The notes beneath the pieces were generated by a model that was not told the origin of the DNA, did not search any database, and saw only the letters and a program-made list of their open reading frames with translations. Both the position numbers and the translations under genes were made by a program. From Candidatus Bathyarchaeia archaeon (GTDB taxonomy: Archaea; Thermoproteota; Bathyarchaeia; 40CM-2-53-6), in the NCBI GenBank assembly GCA_049517415.1, contig JBEKSC010000003.1, positions 32,001 to 96,000 of the forward strand: a stretch of DNA of 64,000 nucleotides, in the 5' to 3' direction. Every line of letters begins with the position of its first letter. The first letter of the stretch is position 1. Shown here one piece after another: positions 38,744-48,194 of this stretch.

Positions 38744-38935
38744 TTGGTACGCGCTCGAATTCTAGGCGACTGGGAGAGGAAGATAGTTGAAGCCTATGTT
38801 AAGGGACAACGACTGAAGGGGTACACCGCCTTACTTTCAGACATACGAAAGATGGGATTGAAAACAATCATTGAAGGTTGCGAAAGCGACCTCGCCTTGC
38901 TCAAGAAACTGTTTGCCTTGGAGACTCAACGCTAA
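38744..38935 (+). CDS. 63-aa helical protein divergent from the transposase (candidate regulator)
   Basis: TTG start preceded by GGTGA; basic helical protein; head-to-head with the transposase. Confidence 0.65.
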   Translation: MVRARILGDWERKIVEAYVKGQRLKGYTALLSDIRKMGLKTIIEGCESDLALLKKLFALETQR

Positions 38936-39730
38936 ACAACCATCTTGATAATTTCTTAAAGCCACCTCTCTTAAGGCTTCGCCACAGACGAATCGTTGGG
39001 CGGTCGTAATTTACGTATATTCTGTTCCAGTCTTCTGCCTCAACATAGACACCTTCGTTTGCCGCGTATCTCAATCCTTCGCCCGCTAGAGCGAAATGAA
39101 GCCTATACGTGCTGGCTAATGGGAGTACGACTGGCTTTTCCGTAGCGAGAAAGAGGTTGTTGTAGCCCTTTATAGTATAGAAGCCGGTTGCATAGTGGGC
39201 CCATCCAGCCTTCAGATTTTGCGCATATTTCTTGCACACTACGGAATGAACCGCTCTGGGAATATATTGTTCCAATGCCTCTCCCGTTTGAACTGCAACC
39301 TCTTCGGATTTAGGTTCAAAGAGTACATCCCAAGTGACCGTCTCTGAGACTGGATATCGAATCGAGCGCGGAATATTATGACCACTTACTGCTACAAGTA
39401 GTTCAGCATCTTTGATGTGGCTTTGTTGAACATTGACAGAAAGCATGAATTGCCGAATGATGACTTTAGTCGCACCAAGATTGATTTCAATATCGGTGGT
39501 TAAGGTTTCCTTAGTAAGCTCATCGAGCCAAATGTCAGCACTCGGATGTTCCATAAAAAAACGTATGCTTCTGCCAAGATGAGACCCCCGAACCCTAGTA
39601 CCTCGCTCACAATCAGCCAAAGAGACAGTTTTTCGACTGTTGAGGTTAGAAATTGCTGAACATAGAGTGTCACGCCAATAGCGATTACGAACACTAAAGC
39701 TCCAAGGAATACCAGAAGAGCTGGGCGCAT
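38901..39730 (-). CDS. Cargo: 2-TM N-terminus (39500-39730) and soluble domain (from about 39554 to 38901) in different frames, joined at a T7 run
   Basis: AEAYVF then T TTT TTA; the -1 frame continues MEHPSADIWLDEL... Confidence 0.5.
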
Positions 39731-39918
39731 GAAATGCTGTCCGTCTGTATTGGTATTTAAAACGCCCTAGAAGACTCTCAAGAATTGAGCCATATGAAAA
39801 ACCCCCTAGCCAGTTACCAAACCGAAAAGCCCCCCACAAAAGTTACCAGAACCTCCAAGCGTACGCGCGACTTGGAAAGCGCAAAATCAGCCGCGTTTGA
39901 CTCAGAAAACTGAGTCAC

Positions 39919-39950
39919 CCCCCCTGGGGGGTCCATCCAAGCGTGCGCGC
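39919..39950 (+). repeat. Target motif copy 2 (unoccupied)
   Basis: CCCCCCTGGGGGGTCCATCCAAGCGTGCGCGC, preceded by the palindrome GACTCAG-AAAA-CTGAGTC. Confidence 0.75.
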
Positions 39951-40081
39951 AAGAAAACTAGGGTGTGGCGCACTCTAACCATGGGTGTTGAAGGAAGCGG
40001 CGCTTAGTTGTTGTCCGCACCACGATATCCGCAGACGGATAAATTAGTTAAGTTTAGGAAATGTTTGTAGGTGCGAAAACT

Positions 40082-40429
40082 ATGCCAAGTATAGAGCCTT
40101 CGATTGAATACGCTGATTTTTCTAGAGTTGACATGAGGGTCGGTCGAATAGTCAGGGTTGAGGATTTTCCCACGGCCAAGAACCCATCGTATCGGATATG
40201 GGTCGACTTCGGAGAACTCGGCGTTAAGCAAACTTCCGCACAGTTAACGAGGTACACAAAGGAACAGCTCTTGAATAGTCTAGTGATAGCCGTGGTCAAC
40301 TTTCATCCTAAGCAAATTGCGAACTTCCTCAGCGAGGTTCTGATCCTGGGAGTTGATGACGAGCCAAAATCCGGCGTTGTCGTACTTCATCCGGAGAGCG
40401 ACGTTCCTCTTGGACGACGGGTCTACTAG
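40082..40429 (+). CDS. csaA: tRNA-binding protein / chaperone CsaA
   Basis: DMRVGRI, VDFGELGVKQTSAQLT, VVNFHPKQIANFLSEVLILG. Confidence 0.88.
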   Translation: MPSIEPSIEYADFSRVDMRVGRIVRVEDFPTAKNPSYRIWVDFGELGVKQTSAQLTRYTKEQLLNSLVIAVVNFHPKQIANFLSEVLILGVDDEPKSGVVVLHPESDVPLGRRVY

Positions 40430-40858
40430 TCATGCATTTCGTGGCTTGAGCAAGTTGGCTTAGCCGACTGCTTGGATTTGGCGCTGACAAAGATTCATTA
40501 GATTGCATTCGAAAGTTATGGGTGCGGCTTACGCCGTGTGGTTTGAATGCATCAGGAATCACCGCTTAAGGGTATGAACTCGGCCAGCGTCGGCCGATAA
40601 ACTCCCCTATTTTTTAGGGTCCGTCTTATCATCGGCTTGCGACTAAAAAGACGGTTCGCCTAGATTTTCATGGTTGCGAGTTTGGCTCCTGATTACGGGT
40701 ATTGGCATATTGGGCGGTTGTTATGTGCCGAGGATTATGTGCCATATTACCAGTATGACAGAAAGTGTGACGACGCCGAACAGGAAGCCGATCAATAGCA
40801 TTACGAACAGTGCTCTTTGACCGCCGATATTTCACCGTTGCATGTTAACCCACTGTGC

Positions 40859-42397
40859 CTATGGGTGGTCTTGTTCCTTCATAAGGTCCGCCCAAACTTT
40901 TGCGGGTCTCCAGTTGTAGACTACCGTCTTAAGTCGGGTCATTTCTTCTATGCTGTAGCCAATTCCTTCCCTGCCTATGCCTGAATCCTTGTTGCCACCG
41001 AACGGGTAGTAGCCGACACCATGTCGGGGCGCGGCGTTTATCGTAACCTCGCCCTCCTCTAGACGCTTCGCCACTTTTCTTGCGAGGTTGAGGTTATTAG
41101 TGAACACGCATGAATCTAATCCATACCTTGACTTGTTGGCAAGGTCAATAGCTTCATCCACATCCTTCACACGCGCGATCGGGATTACGGGACCGAAGGT
41201 TTCGTCCCACAGAATCCTAGCCTCTAACGGAACGCGATCCAGAACTGTCGGGTGATAGTAGTTTCCTTCATGTTTTCCTCCAGTTAGGATCTTGGCGCCC
41301 TTACCGATGGCGTCTAAGACGAGTCCGTGAACCCTTTCCACAGCACCATGATCAATCAGTGGTCCAATCTTGACGGACGGGTCCCGTGGGTCACCTACTT
41401 TGTATGTTCCAACTTCCTTCAGAACTTTCTCTACGAATACATCCCCGATTTCTTGCTCCACAAGAGCGCGAGACACAGCATCACATCGTTGACCACTATA
41501 ACTTAGCGACCCCTTCACAGTTTCAGTTACAGCGAGATCTATGTCTGCGTCCTTCAGAACGATGGCAGAACCTTTTCCTCCGAGTTCCATGTGTAACCTC
41601 TTCAAGCCGGCGACACGGGCTAGAGTTCTTCCCACTTCCGTGCTACCAGTGAACGTCAACATGCTAATCCTATCGTGACCTGCCAAATACTGGCCGACCT
41701 GTCCTCTGCCCGTAATCACGTTGAGCGTGCCCGCAGGTATACCAGCTAGCTCCAATATTCTTGCGAACATAAGGAAAGAAAGCGGATCCTTACTCGAAGT
41801 TTTCACCACAACTGAATTGCCTGCTAGAAGTGCGGGTATGACTTTAGTGGCGGTGATGTAGAGAGGGTAGTTGAAGGGTGAAATGGCTAAGACAACACCC
41901 AGCGGTTCCCTAAGCACGTCCGCCGACGTGCCCACAGTCTCCTCAGACCAATCCCCTGGTATATGTTCGCCGCGAATTTTTCCGTACTCATCCGGCGTTA
42001 GCTTCAATCGCTCAGCTGTTGCCTTTACCTCCCCTTCCGCATTAGAAATCGGTTTGCCAGCCTCCAGGGTCAGAACTCTGACGAAGTGGTCGATATTTTG
42101 AAGCAGTATTTCGCGTGCCTGTTGGAAGATTTCTATCTTCTTCACAGCCGGAATGGTCCTGATTCGGTTTCTGCTAATATAGGATGATTCGACGGCACGT
42201 TCGGCTTCCCGTTCTGACGCCGATGGAACAGTTGCTATCACACCGTCATCGATTGGGCTTCGAACCTCGATCCTTTGCGGTAGTTCCGCCCACTTGCCAT
42301 CCAAGTACATCCTGAAATCCATCATGCCCGAATTGGACATCGAATAAATGTGGTCGAAGACCGTGCCGAGTTTGACGAGTTTGCTCTTCATTTCCAT
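40859..42397 (-). CDS. gapN: Aldehyde dehydrogenase, non-phosphorylating GAPN-like
   Basis: ISPFNYP, FTGS, MELGGK, GQRC, ETFGP; IPGDW and GIGREGIGYSIEE resemble archaeal GAPN. Confidence 0.75.
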   Translation of the reverse strand: MEMKSKLVKLGTVFDHIYSMSNSGMMDFRMYLDGKWAELPQRIEVRSPIDDGVIATVPSASEREAERAVESSYISRNRIRTIPAVKKIEIFQQAREILLQNIDHFVRVLTLEAGKPISNAEGEVKATAERLKLTPDEYGKIRGEHIPGDWSEETVGTSADVLREPLGVVLAISPFNYPLYITATKVIPALLAGNSVVVKTSSKDPLSFLMFARILELAGIPAGTLNVITGRGQVGQYLAGHDRISMLTFTGSTEVGRTLARVAGLKRLHMELGGKGSAIVLKDADIDLAVTETVKGSLSYSGQRCDAVSRALVEQEIGDVFVEKVLKEVGTYKVGDPRDPSVKIGPLIDHGAVERVHGLVLDAIGKGAKILTGGKHEGNYYHPTVLDRVPLEARILWDETFGPVIPIARVKDVDEAIDLANKSRYGLDSCVFTNNLNLARKVAKRLEEGEVTINAAPRHGVGYYPFGGNKDSGIGREGIGYSIEEMTRLKTVVYNWRPAKVWADLMKEQDHP

Positions 42398-42427
42398 AAG
42401 CTAGCTTCACCATTCCGTTGAGCCGCG

Positions 42428-42817
42428 CTAGTCGAGTACAGCTTCTGCTTCTATTTCCACAAGCATTTCCGGATTGATTAGCCCCTTTACTTCGACCAAG
42501 CTTGTGGTTGGTCGAATTTCCTTGAAGAATGTGCCGTGCGCTTTGCCAACCTCTTCCCACCGCTTCATATCGGTAACGTAGATTCTTGTGCGAACCACAT
42601 CTTCGAGTCGAGCACCTACACGTTCCAAAGCCCTTTGAATATTCTTCAAGGTTTGAACAGTTTGTGCTCCCGCGTCTCCGATTCCAACAATGTTACCCTG
42701 CGAGTCGGTTGCAGTGGTCCCTGAAACGTGAACCAGCTTTCCAACCTTCACAACTCTTGAGTAACCAACTATCGGTTCCCACTTTGTGCCAGATGAGATT
42801 TTCATACGTTCGTTCAA
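42428..42817 (-). CDS. RidA/YjgF family protein
   Basis: [28 protein letters not shown]. Confidence 0.9.
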   Translation of the reverse strand: MNERMKISSGTKWEPIVGYSRVVKVGKLVHVSGTTATDSQGNIVGIGDAGAQTVQTLKNIQRALERVGARLEDVVRTRIYVTDMKRWEEVGKAHGTFFKEIRPTTSLVEVKGLINPEMLVEIEAEAVLD

Positions 42818-42908
42818 GCGGGCTCACTAGAATATCTCAGCGCAGGTTCGTTCTATTAAGGAAGCTCAACGCGGGCACCCTTTGACTTAGAAGACCCAGG
42901 TGTAGTGG

Positions 42909-43772
42909 CTACGTCTTTTTCGCTGTGACAAAGGTTACTTTCCACTCAAACAGGAAGCGTCCGCCTCGGATAAACTGCGCCAACTCGTCCCTGAGCGCAC
43001 GCACTAGTTCCCGCTGCTTCCTAGCCCTCAGTTCCCTAAGCTCCTGTTTTAGGGGCGCCCTCTTGAACCGCATGTCCAAATATCCTTGAATTCCATCCAA
43101 TGTAATTCTGTAATTGCGAGTTTTGACTTCGGCTCTCTTGAAACCCACCATTTTAAGCGCACGAACTTGCTCATCAAAGTTCATTTCGCGGTTGCTGAAC
43201 CGCTCCAATGTTGCGAGCGCTGCCCTCTCGAGACTAAGCTCTTTTGAAGGGTTTCTCGTGCGGTACTGCTGCAAAGTTTCGCCAAAGATTCTATGCGCTT
43301 GAACATCCTTCAAACGCCAATCACTGTAGGCGAATGTCCCTCTATTCCTAAGCACTCGGTAAACTTCTGCAACTGTTTGACGAAACCCTACGGAGGAAAT
43401 TCCGCAGTTAGACACGGCCACGTCGAATATTTGGTTAGGAAACAGGAGCTTTTGTGCATCCATCAAGAAGAAACGTACGTTTCTGAGCCTCCTCGCTTCA
43501 GGCTCCGCTCTCCCAGCAGCTAACATTGACTCCATACGATCTATGCCAAAAACGAAGCCGCTCCATTTGACTCTGCGGGCCGCTTCGAACGCGGCCACAC
43601 CTGTCCCGGTGCCAATGTCCAGGACGAGTTGGCCTTGAGAGAGGCCCGAGTCAAAGATTAGATCCTTCGCAAATCTTCGGAATACTGGAACCCAATACCT
43701 TCGCCAAGCTCCGGCATCTTTCCCCCAGAGACTCATCACAATATGTTCCGCTTGTTCTAGATTCATGCTCAA
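42909..43772 (-). CDS. Class I SAM-dependent methyltransferase
   Basis: VLDIGTGTG, GID, MDAQ, FDVAVS. Confidence 0.85.
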   Translation of the reverse strand: MSMNLEQAEHIVMSLWGKDAGAWRRYWVPVFRRFAKDLIFDSGLSQGQLVLDIGTGTGVAAFEAARRVKWSGFVFGIDRMESMLAAGRAEPEARRLRNVRFFLMDAQKLLFPNQIFDVAVSNCGISSVGFRQTVAEVYRVLRNRGTFAYSDWRLKDVQAHRIFGETLQQYRTRNPSKELSLERAALATLERFSNREMNFDEQVRALKMVGFKRAEVKTRNYRITLDGIQGYLDMRFKRAPLKQELRELRARKQRELVRALRDELAQFIRGGRFLFEWKVTFVTAKKT

Positions 43773-43909
43773 AGGGCTCGACCTGGTCTGATTTCACTCT
43801 GCAAATGAAGTATTTCTAGCCTTGGTCATACAGAAAGGGTGTATGCGTTGCGATCAGAAAAACCATAAGAAAAAAGGACGGGGCTAGTTTCCTCGTCCAT
43901 TGATTCAGT

Positions 43910-44416
43910 CTAGTTGTAGCGGAAGCCTACTAAGTTAACGTGCCATAGTGCGCCGTATTCTCCCCGAAAGTCGCTGTAAATGGTCATGTAGGTGCCCTGT
44001 TGGGCCTGGGTAGTGTCTTGGCCGAAGAGTACGAAGTATCCATTTTCCCCGTCCGGTGCTGTGGCTGGTCCTTGATAGACTGAGGTTGCGGTGTTGCGGT
44101 TGTAATTTCCCCTCCAGTTGCCGACATCGAGTATGTAGGGCTTGTCCAAGACCTGGAAGCTGCCGGAGATTACTTTGAAGGCTATGTTGTTTGGGCCTGC
44201 AAAGGTCACTTGTACTTGGAGGTCTAGGTCGGCGGGTCCCGTTAGCCATTGTCCGTTAACCCATGCGCTTGCTTCGCCACGGATAGTGGTCACCGTGTAC
44301 TGGTTTCCGACCATCACATAGCCACCAGCTACAAGTGGGTCGGCGTAGACAGAGGTCGCGGCCAGCGTCAACAGGACGGCGCCCAGGATGACTGGGAGCA
44401 GATGGTTGGTTTGCAT
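43910..44416 (-). CDS. Secreted hypothetical protein
   Basis: Signal peptide ending VYA, beta-rich body, T-tract downstream. Confidence 0.75.
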   Translation of the reverse strand: MQTNHLLPVILGAVLLTLAATSVYADPLVAGGYVMVGNQYTVTTIRGEASAWVNGQWLTGPADLDLQVQVTFAGPNNIAFKVISGSFQVLDKPYILDVGNWRGNYNRNTATSVYQGPATAPDGENGYFVLFGQDTTQAQQGTYMTIYSDFRGEYGALWHVNLVGFRYN

Positions 44417-44490
44417 TTTTCATCACTGGCCACCCGTTTAGCCTAGGGGATTTAAGGCGGTTCAGAAGGAATCATCTGGACGAATCATCA

Positions 44491-46134
44491 ATGAACCTCG
44501 AGTCGCGTGCAAGGCCTTGGCTAAACAGTTGGCCTAAGCGTGTGCCCCACTCACTTGACTACCCGAACCTCTCTCTAGGAGAACTTCTTCGAAGGACAGC
44601 CACAAGATCCACTGAAAAGCCTGCCATCTACTATAGCGGCAGCACAATCACCTACCGGGAACTTGATGCCTTGGCAGACAGCTTCGGCGCGGCTCTTCAA
44701 GCCCTTGGGGTCAAGAAGGGGGACCGAGTAGCACTTTACTTACCAAACTTACCCCAATTCGTTTTCGCTTACTACGGAGCGCTGCGGGTCGGCGCAATCA
44801 TCGTCACAGCAAGCCCACTCTACAAGGAGAAGGAACTCGCCCACATCCTAACAGACTCAGGCGCGAAAGTTCTCGTGTGCCTAGACAAGCTGTACTCATA
44901 CGTCCAACCAGTTAGGGAGAGGACACTTGTCAATCATGTCTTCACAACGAGCATCAGCGACTACGTCCCAGGTTCTCCAATGTCGCCTGCCTTCCCGAAC
45001 GCAGTGAATCTTCGCAAACTCCTCGCGGAATACGCAGGACAAACGAGGCCAGTAGAAATCAACCCAAGAAGTGACCTCGCCCTCCTACAGTACACGGGGG
45101 GAACAACAGGAGTACCGAAAGGCGCTATGCTGACTCACTACAACCTTGTGGCCAATGCGGTGCAGTTCGCTTCTTGGCTTGGGATGAGGTCTGGTGCAGA
45201 AGTTCACATGTCGGTTCTACCCTTCTTTCACATTTATGGGATGACCGTGGCAATGAATGTCCCGGTTCACACAGCTTCTCCAATGGTTCTCATCCCTGAC
45301 GGTCGGGACATCGGCGGCATCCTTCAGGCCATCGACACTTACAAACCCACGATCTTGTGTGGCGTACCGGCCACCTACATTGCCCTAATCAATCAACCCG
45401 AAACAAGGCAGCATGACCTCCATTCAATTCGCGTCTGCGTTTCAGGCGCCTCACCCCTCCCCATCCGCGTGCAAGGGGAATTCGAGAAATTAACAGGCGG
45501 GAGGCTTGTTGAAGGTTATGGGTTAACTGAAACAAGCCCCGTCACACACGTCAACCCCCTAGACGACCCCAGCAAGAACCGGCCTGGTTCAATCGGGATA
45601 CCAATCTCAGACACGCAAGCGAGAATTGTTGACTTAGAATTAGGCGCGAACGAGCTCGCCGCGGGGACGGTTGGGGAGTTAGTGGTTCGCGGGCCACAGG
45701 TCATGGCAGGTTACTGGAAGAACGATGAGGAAACCGGGGCGGTCCTCAGGGATGGTTGGTTCCATACTGGAGACATTGCGGTAATGGACCCTGATGGGTA
45801 TTTTCGTATCGTGGATCGGAAGAAGGATATGATCAACGTTTCTGGTTTGAAAGTCTGGCCTAGGGAAGTGGAGGAAGCTCTCTCCGAACATCCCGCCATC
45901 AAAGAAGCAACCGCAGTCCCCATGCCCGACTCTCAAAGCGGAGAAGCCGTGAAGGCGTTTGTGGTTTTGAAGGAGGAATTCAAAGGGAAGGTTGTAGCAT
46001 CGGATATTATCGCTTTCTGCAAGGATAAAATCGCCGACTACAAGGCGCCCAGGGTTGTTGAGTTCAGGGACGCACTCCCGAAGAGTTCTGTTGGCAAAAT
46101 TCTGAGAAGAGACCTTAGGGGACAGCCTTCGTAG
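44491..46134 (+). CDS. fadD: Long-chain fatty acid-CoA ligase
   Basis: YTGGTTGVPKG, EGYGLTE, TGD, DRKKD, LPKSSVGK. Confidence 0.9.
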   Translation: MNLESRARPWLNSWPKRVPHSLDYPNLSLGELLRRTATRSTEKPAIYYSGSTITYRELDALADSFGAALQALGVKKGDRVALYLPNLPQFVFAYYGALRVGAIIVTASPLYKEKELAHILTDSGAKVLVCLDKLYSYVQPVRERTLVNHVFTTSISDYVPGSPMSPAFPNAVNLRKLLAEYAGQTRPVEINPRSDLALLQYTGGTTGVPKGAMLTHYNLVANAVQFASWLGMRSGAEVHMSVLPFFHIYGMTVAMNVPVHTASPMVLIPDGRDIGGILQAIDTYKPTILCGVPATYIALINQPETRQHDLHSIRVCVSGASPLPIRVQGEFEKLTGGRLVEGYGLTETSPVTHVNPLDDPSKNRPGSIGIPISDTQARIVDLELGANELAAGTVGELVVRGPQVMAGYWKNDEETGAVLRDGWFHTGDIAVMDPDGYFRIVDRKKDMINVSGLKVWPREVEEALSEHPAIKEATAVPMPDSQSGEAVKAFVVLKEEFKGKVVASDIIAFCKDKIADYKAPRVVEFRDALPKSSVGKILRRDLRGQPS

Positions 46135-46209
46135 TACCATCAGAGTATGGAATTCGAACTAAACAGTTAAGAATTCGCTAACTTCGCAAGCTTCAACGTA
46201 ACTAAAACG

Positions 46210-48180
46210 GTGTTTGCATTGGCACTACGCGAAATTCTACCAACTACGGTAATGATATTTCCAGAGAACCGGAACAACATAAAAGTTCTCACGGACATTC
46301 ACACGAAAAGCATTCAAGATCCTGACGCGTTCTGGCGAAAGGCCGCCGACGAGCTATTTTGGTATGAGAAGAAGGGGAAGGCTTTTGACGAGATGGATCA
46401 GCCACCCTTTGGAAGATGGTTCCCCGAATGGAAGACCAACCTCTCCTACAACGCCTTGGACCGGCAGGTTGCCGGCGCGAGAAAGAAGAAAGTAGCCTAC
46501 TATTGGGAAGGCGAAAATGGGGAAAAGCGAACCCTAACCTACAATGACCTCTACGAGGAAGTAAACAAGCTCGCTTCAGCGCTGAAGAAACTTGGCGTCA
46601 AGAAAGGCGATAGGGTCACGATCTACCTTCCCATGATTCCCGAGCTTCCCATTAGCATGCTCGCGGTCACAAGGCTTGGGGCCATTCACACAGTAATCTT
46701 CGCCGGCTTCACAGCGCAATCCATCGCCAGCCGAATGATCGACTCCAAATCCAAAATGGTGATTACAGCAGACGGAGCCTTCAGGAAAGGGAAAACCCTC
46801 GACCTGAAACCCATTGTTGATGAAGCCATCAAACAATCGAGCGGAATTGAGAAAGTCATCGTGGTGAAGAGGGCAAAGAATCAGATACCGATGGTGAGCG
46901 GGCGCGACATTTGGTACCACGACCTGATTGCTTCCGCCGCGAAGTACGTTGAGCCCGAACCTGTGGAGGGTACGCATCCAAGTTTCATCTTGTACACTTC
47001 AGGAACCACGGGAAAGCCGAAGGGATGCACCCACAGCACCGGTGGCTACATGACTTGGGCGCACTACACGCAGAAAGCCGTTTTCGACGTCAAGGAGGAT
47101 GACGTGTACTGGTGCACCGCTGACATTGGCTGGATAACAGGGCACACATACATCGTATACGGTCCACTGATAACTGGCGTTACTTCTCTAATGTACGAAG
47201 GCGCGCCTGATTACCCTCAACCCGACCGATGGTGGGACCTGGTCGAAAAATACCATGTCACAATCATCTATACGAGCCCCACAGCTATCAGAATGCACAT
47301 GAAGTTTGGTGAGCAGTGGGCCCAGAAACACAAGCTGACATCGCTCAGGCTGCTCGGAACGGTGGGAGAACCCATCAACCCTGAAGCGTGGAGATGGTAC
47401 TTCAAGAACATAGGCCGCGAGAAATGCCAGATCGTAGATACTTGGTGGCAAACGGAAACGGGCGGAATCCTAATCAGCCCACAACCGGGCATCGTCCCAA
47501 TTCCACTAAAAGCCGGCTCCGCTACCCTCCCCATCGCGGGAGTTGACGCTGACGTCTACGGAGAGAATGGCGAACCCGTGAAGGTTGGCGAGAAAGGATA
47601 CATGGTCATTAAACGGCCCTGGCCGGGCCAGTTCATGACCTTATGGAACGATCCCGAAAAGTTCAAGCAGGTATACTTCACACGGTTCCCTGGAATCTAC
47701 AACGCAGGCGACTATGCCCTAAGGGACGACGACGGTTACTTCTGGCTACTTGGACGGGCGGACGAGGTGTTGAAGGTTGCAGGCCACAGAATTGGAACCA
47801 TCGAACTAGAAGACAGCCTCATCTCGCACCCAGCTGTCGCGGAATCAGCCGTAATTGGGAAGGCTGACCCGATCAAAATGGAAGTACCAGTCGCATTCGT
47901 AGTTCTGAAACCCGGCTTCGACCCCACACCAGAACTCAAGAAAGAACTAGCGAACCACGTGAGAACAACCATCGGCCCAATAGCAGTCCCAGAAGCAATC
48001 TACTTCGTCGCCAAACTCCCGAAGACTCGCAGTGCAAAAATTATGAGACGGGTTGTGCGCGCAGTCGTTGAAGGGAGACCCATCGGCGACGTCACAACGC
48101 TTGAAGACGAAACAAGCGTCGAAGAGATGAAGAACGCGTACAGCGAGCTTCAAGCCGAAATGGCGAGAACGGGTAAGTAG
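46210..48180 (+). CDS. acs: Acetyl-CoA synthetase (AMP-forming), copy 2
   Basis: YTSGTTGKPKG, ADIGWITGHTY, DTWWQTETG, LPKTRSAKIMRR. Confidence 0.93.
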   Translation: MFALALREILPTTVMIFPENRNNIKVLTDIHTKSIQDPDAFWRKAADELFWYEKKGKAFDEMDQPPFGRWFPEWKTNLSYNALDRQVAGARKKKVAYYWEGENGEKRTLTYNDLYEEVNKLASALKKLGVKKGDRVTIYLPMIPELPISMLAVTRLGAIHTVIFAGFTAQSIASRMIDSKSKMVITADGAFRKGKTLDLKPIVDEAIKQSSGIEKVIVVKRAKNQIPMVSGRDIWYHDLIASAAKYVEPEPVEGTHPSFILYTSGTTGKPKGCTHSTGGYMTWAHYTQKAVFDVKEDDVYWCTADIGWITGHTYIVYGPLITGVTSLMYEGAPDYPQPDRWWDLVEKYHVTIIYTSPTAIRMHMKFGEQWAQKHKLTSLRLLGTVGEPINPEAWRWYFKNIGREKCQIVDTWWQTETGGILISPQPGIVPIPLKAGSATLPIAGVDADVYGENGEPVKVGEKGYMVIKRPWPGQFMTLWNDPEKFKQVYFTRFPGIYNAGDYALRDDDGYFWLLGRADEVLKVAGHRIGTIELEDSLISHPAVAESAVIGKADPIKMEVPVAFVVLKPGFDPTPELKKELANHVRTTIGPIAVPEAIYFVAKLPKTRSAKIMRRVVRAVVEGRPIGDVTTLEDETSVEEMKNAYSELQAEMARTGK

Positions 48181-48194
48181 GCAGGGGATCTGAG

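Larger units (their letters stand above)
34925..39853. mobile_element. IS6-family-like cargo-carrying transposon, 4,929 bp
   Basis: Perfect 15-bp TIRs GGTTCTGGTAACTTT (34925-34939 and 39839-39853), 8-bp TSD TCCAAGCG (34917-34924 and 39854-39861), internal DDE transposase. Confidence 0.92.

Noticed and set aside
38901..39839. 312-aa ORF starting at 39839
   Set aside because: Its first ~95 codons run through the transposon end and overlap the 2-TM ORF; coding likely begins near 39554 or through the frameshift
34900..39950. G-string motifs as origin recognition boxes, or the repeats as a CRISPR array
   Set aside because: No TCCA..GAAAC ORB core and no cdc6 nearby; only two repeat copies and no cas genes
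40730..40830. Possible ~26-aa hydrophobic ORF after gapN (MLLIGFLFGVVTLSVILVIWHIILGT)
   Set aside because: Plausible, but it has no clear RBS or recognisable family, so support is too weak
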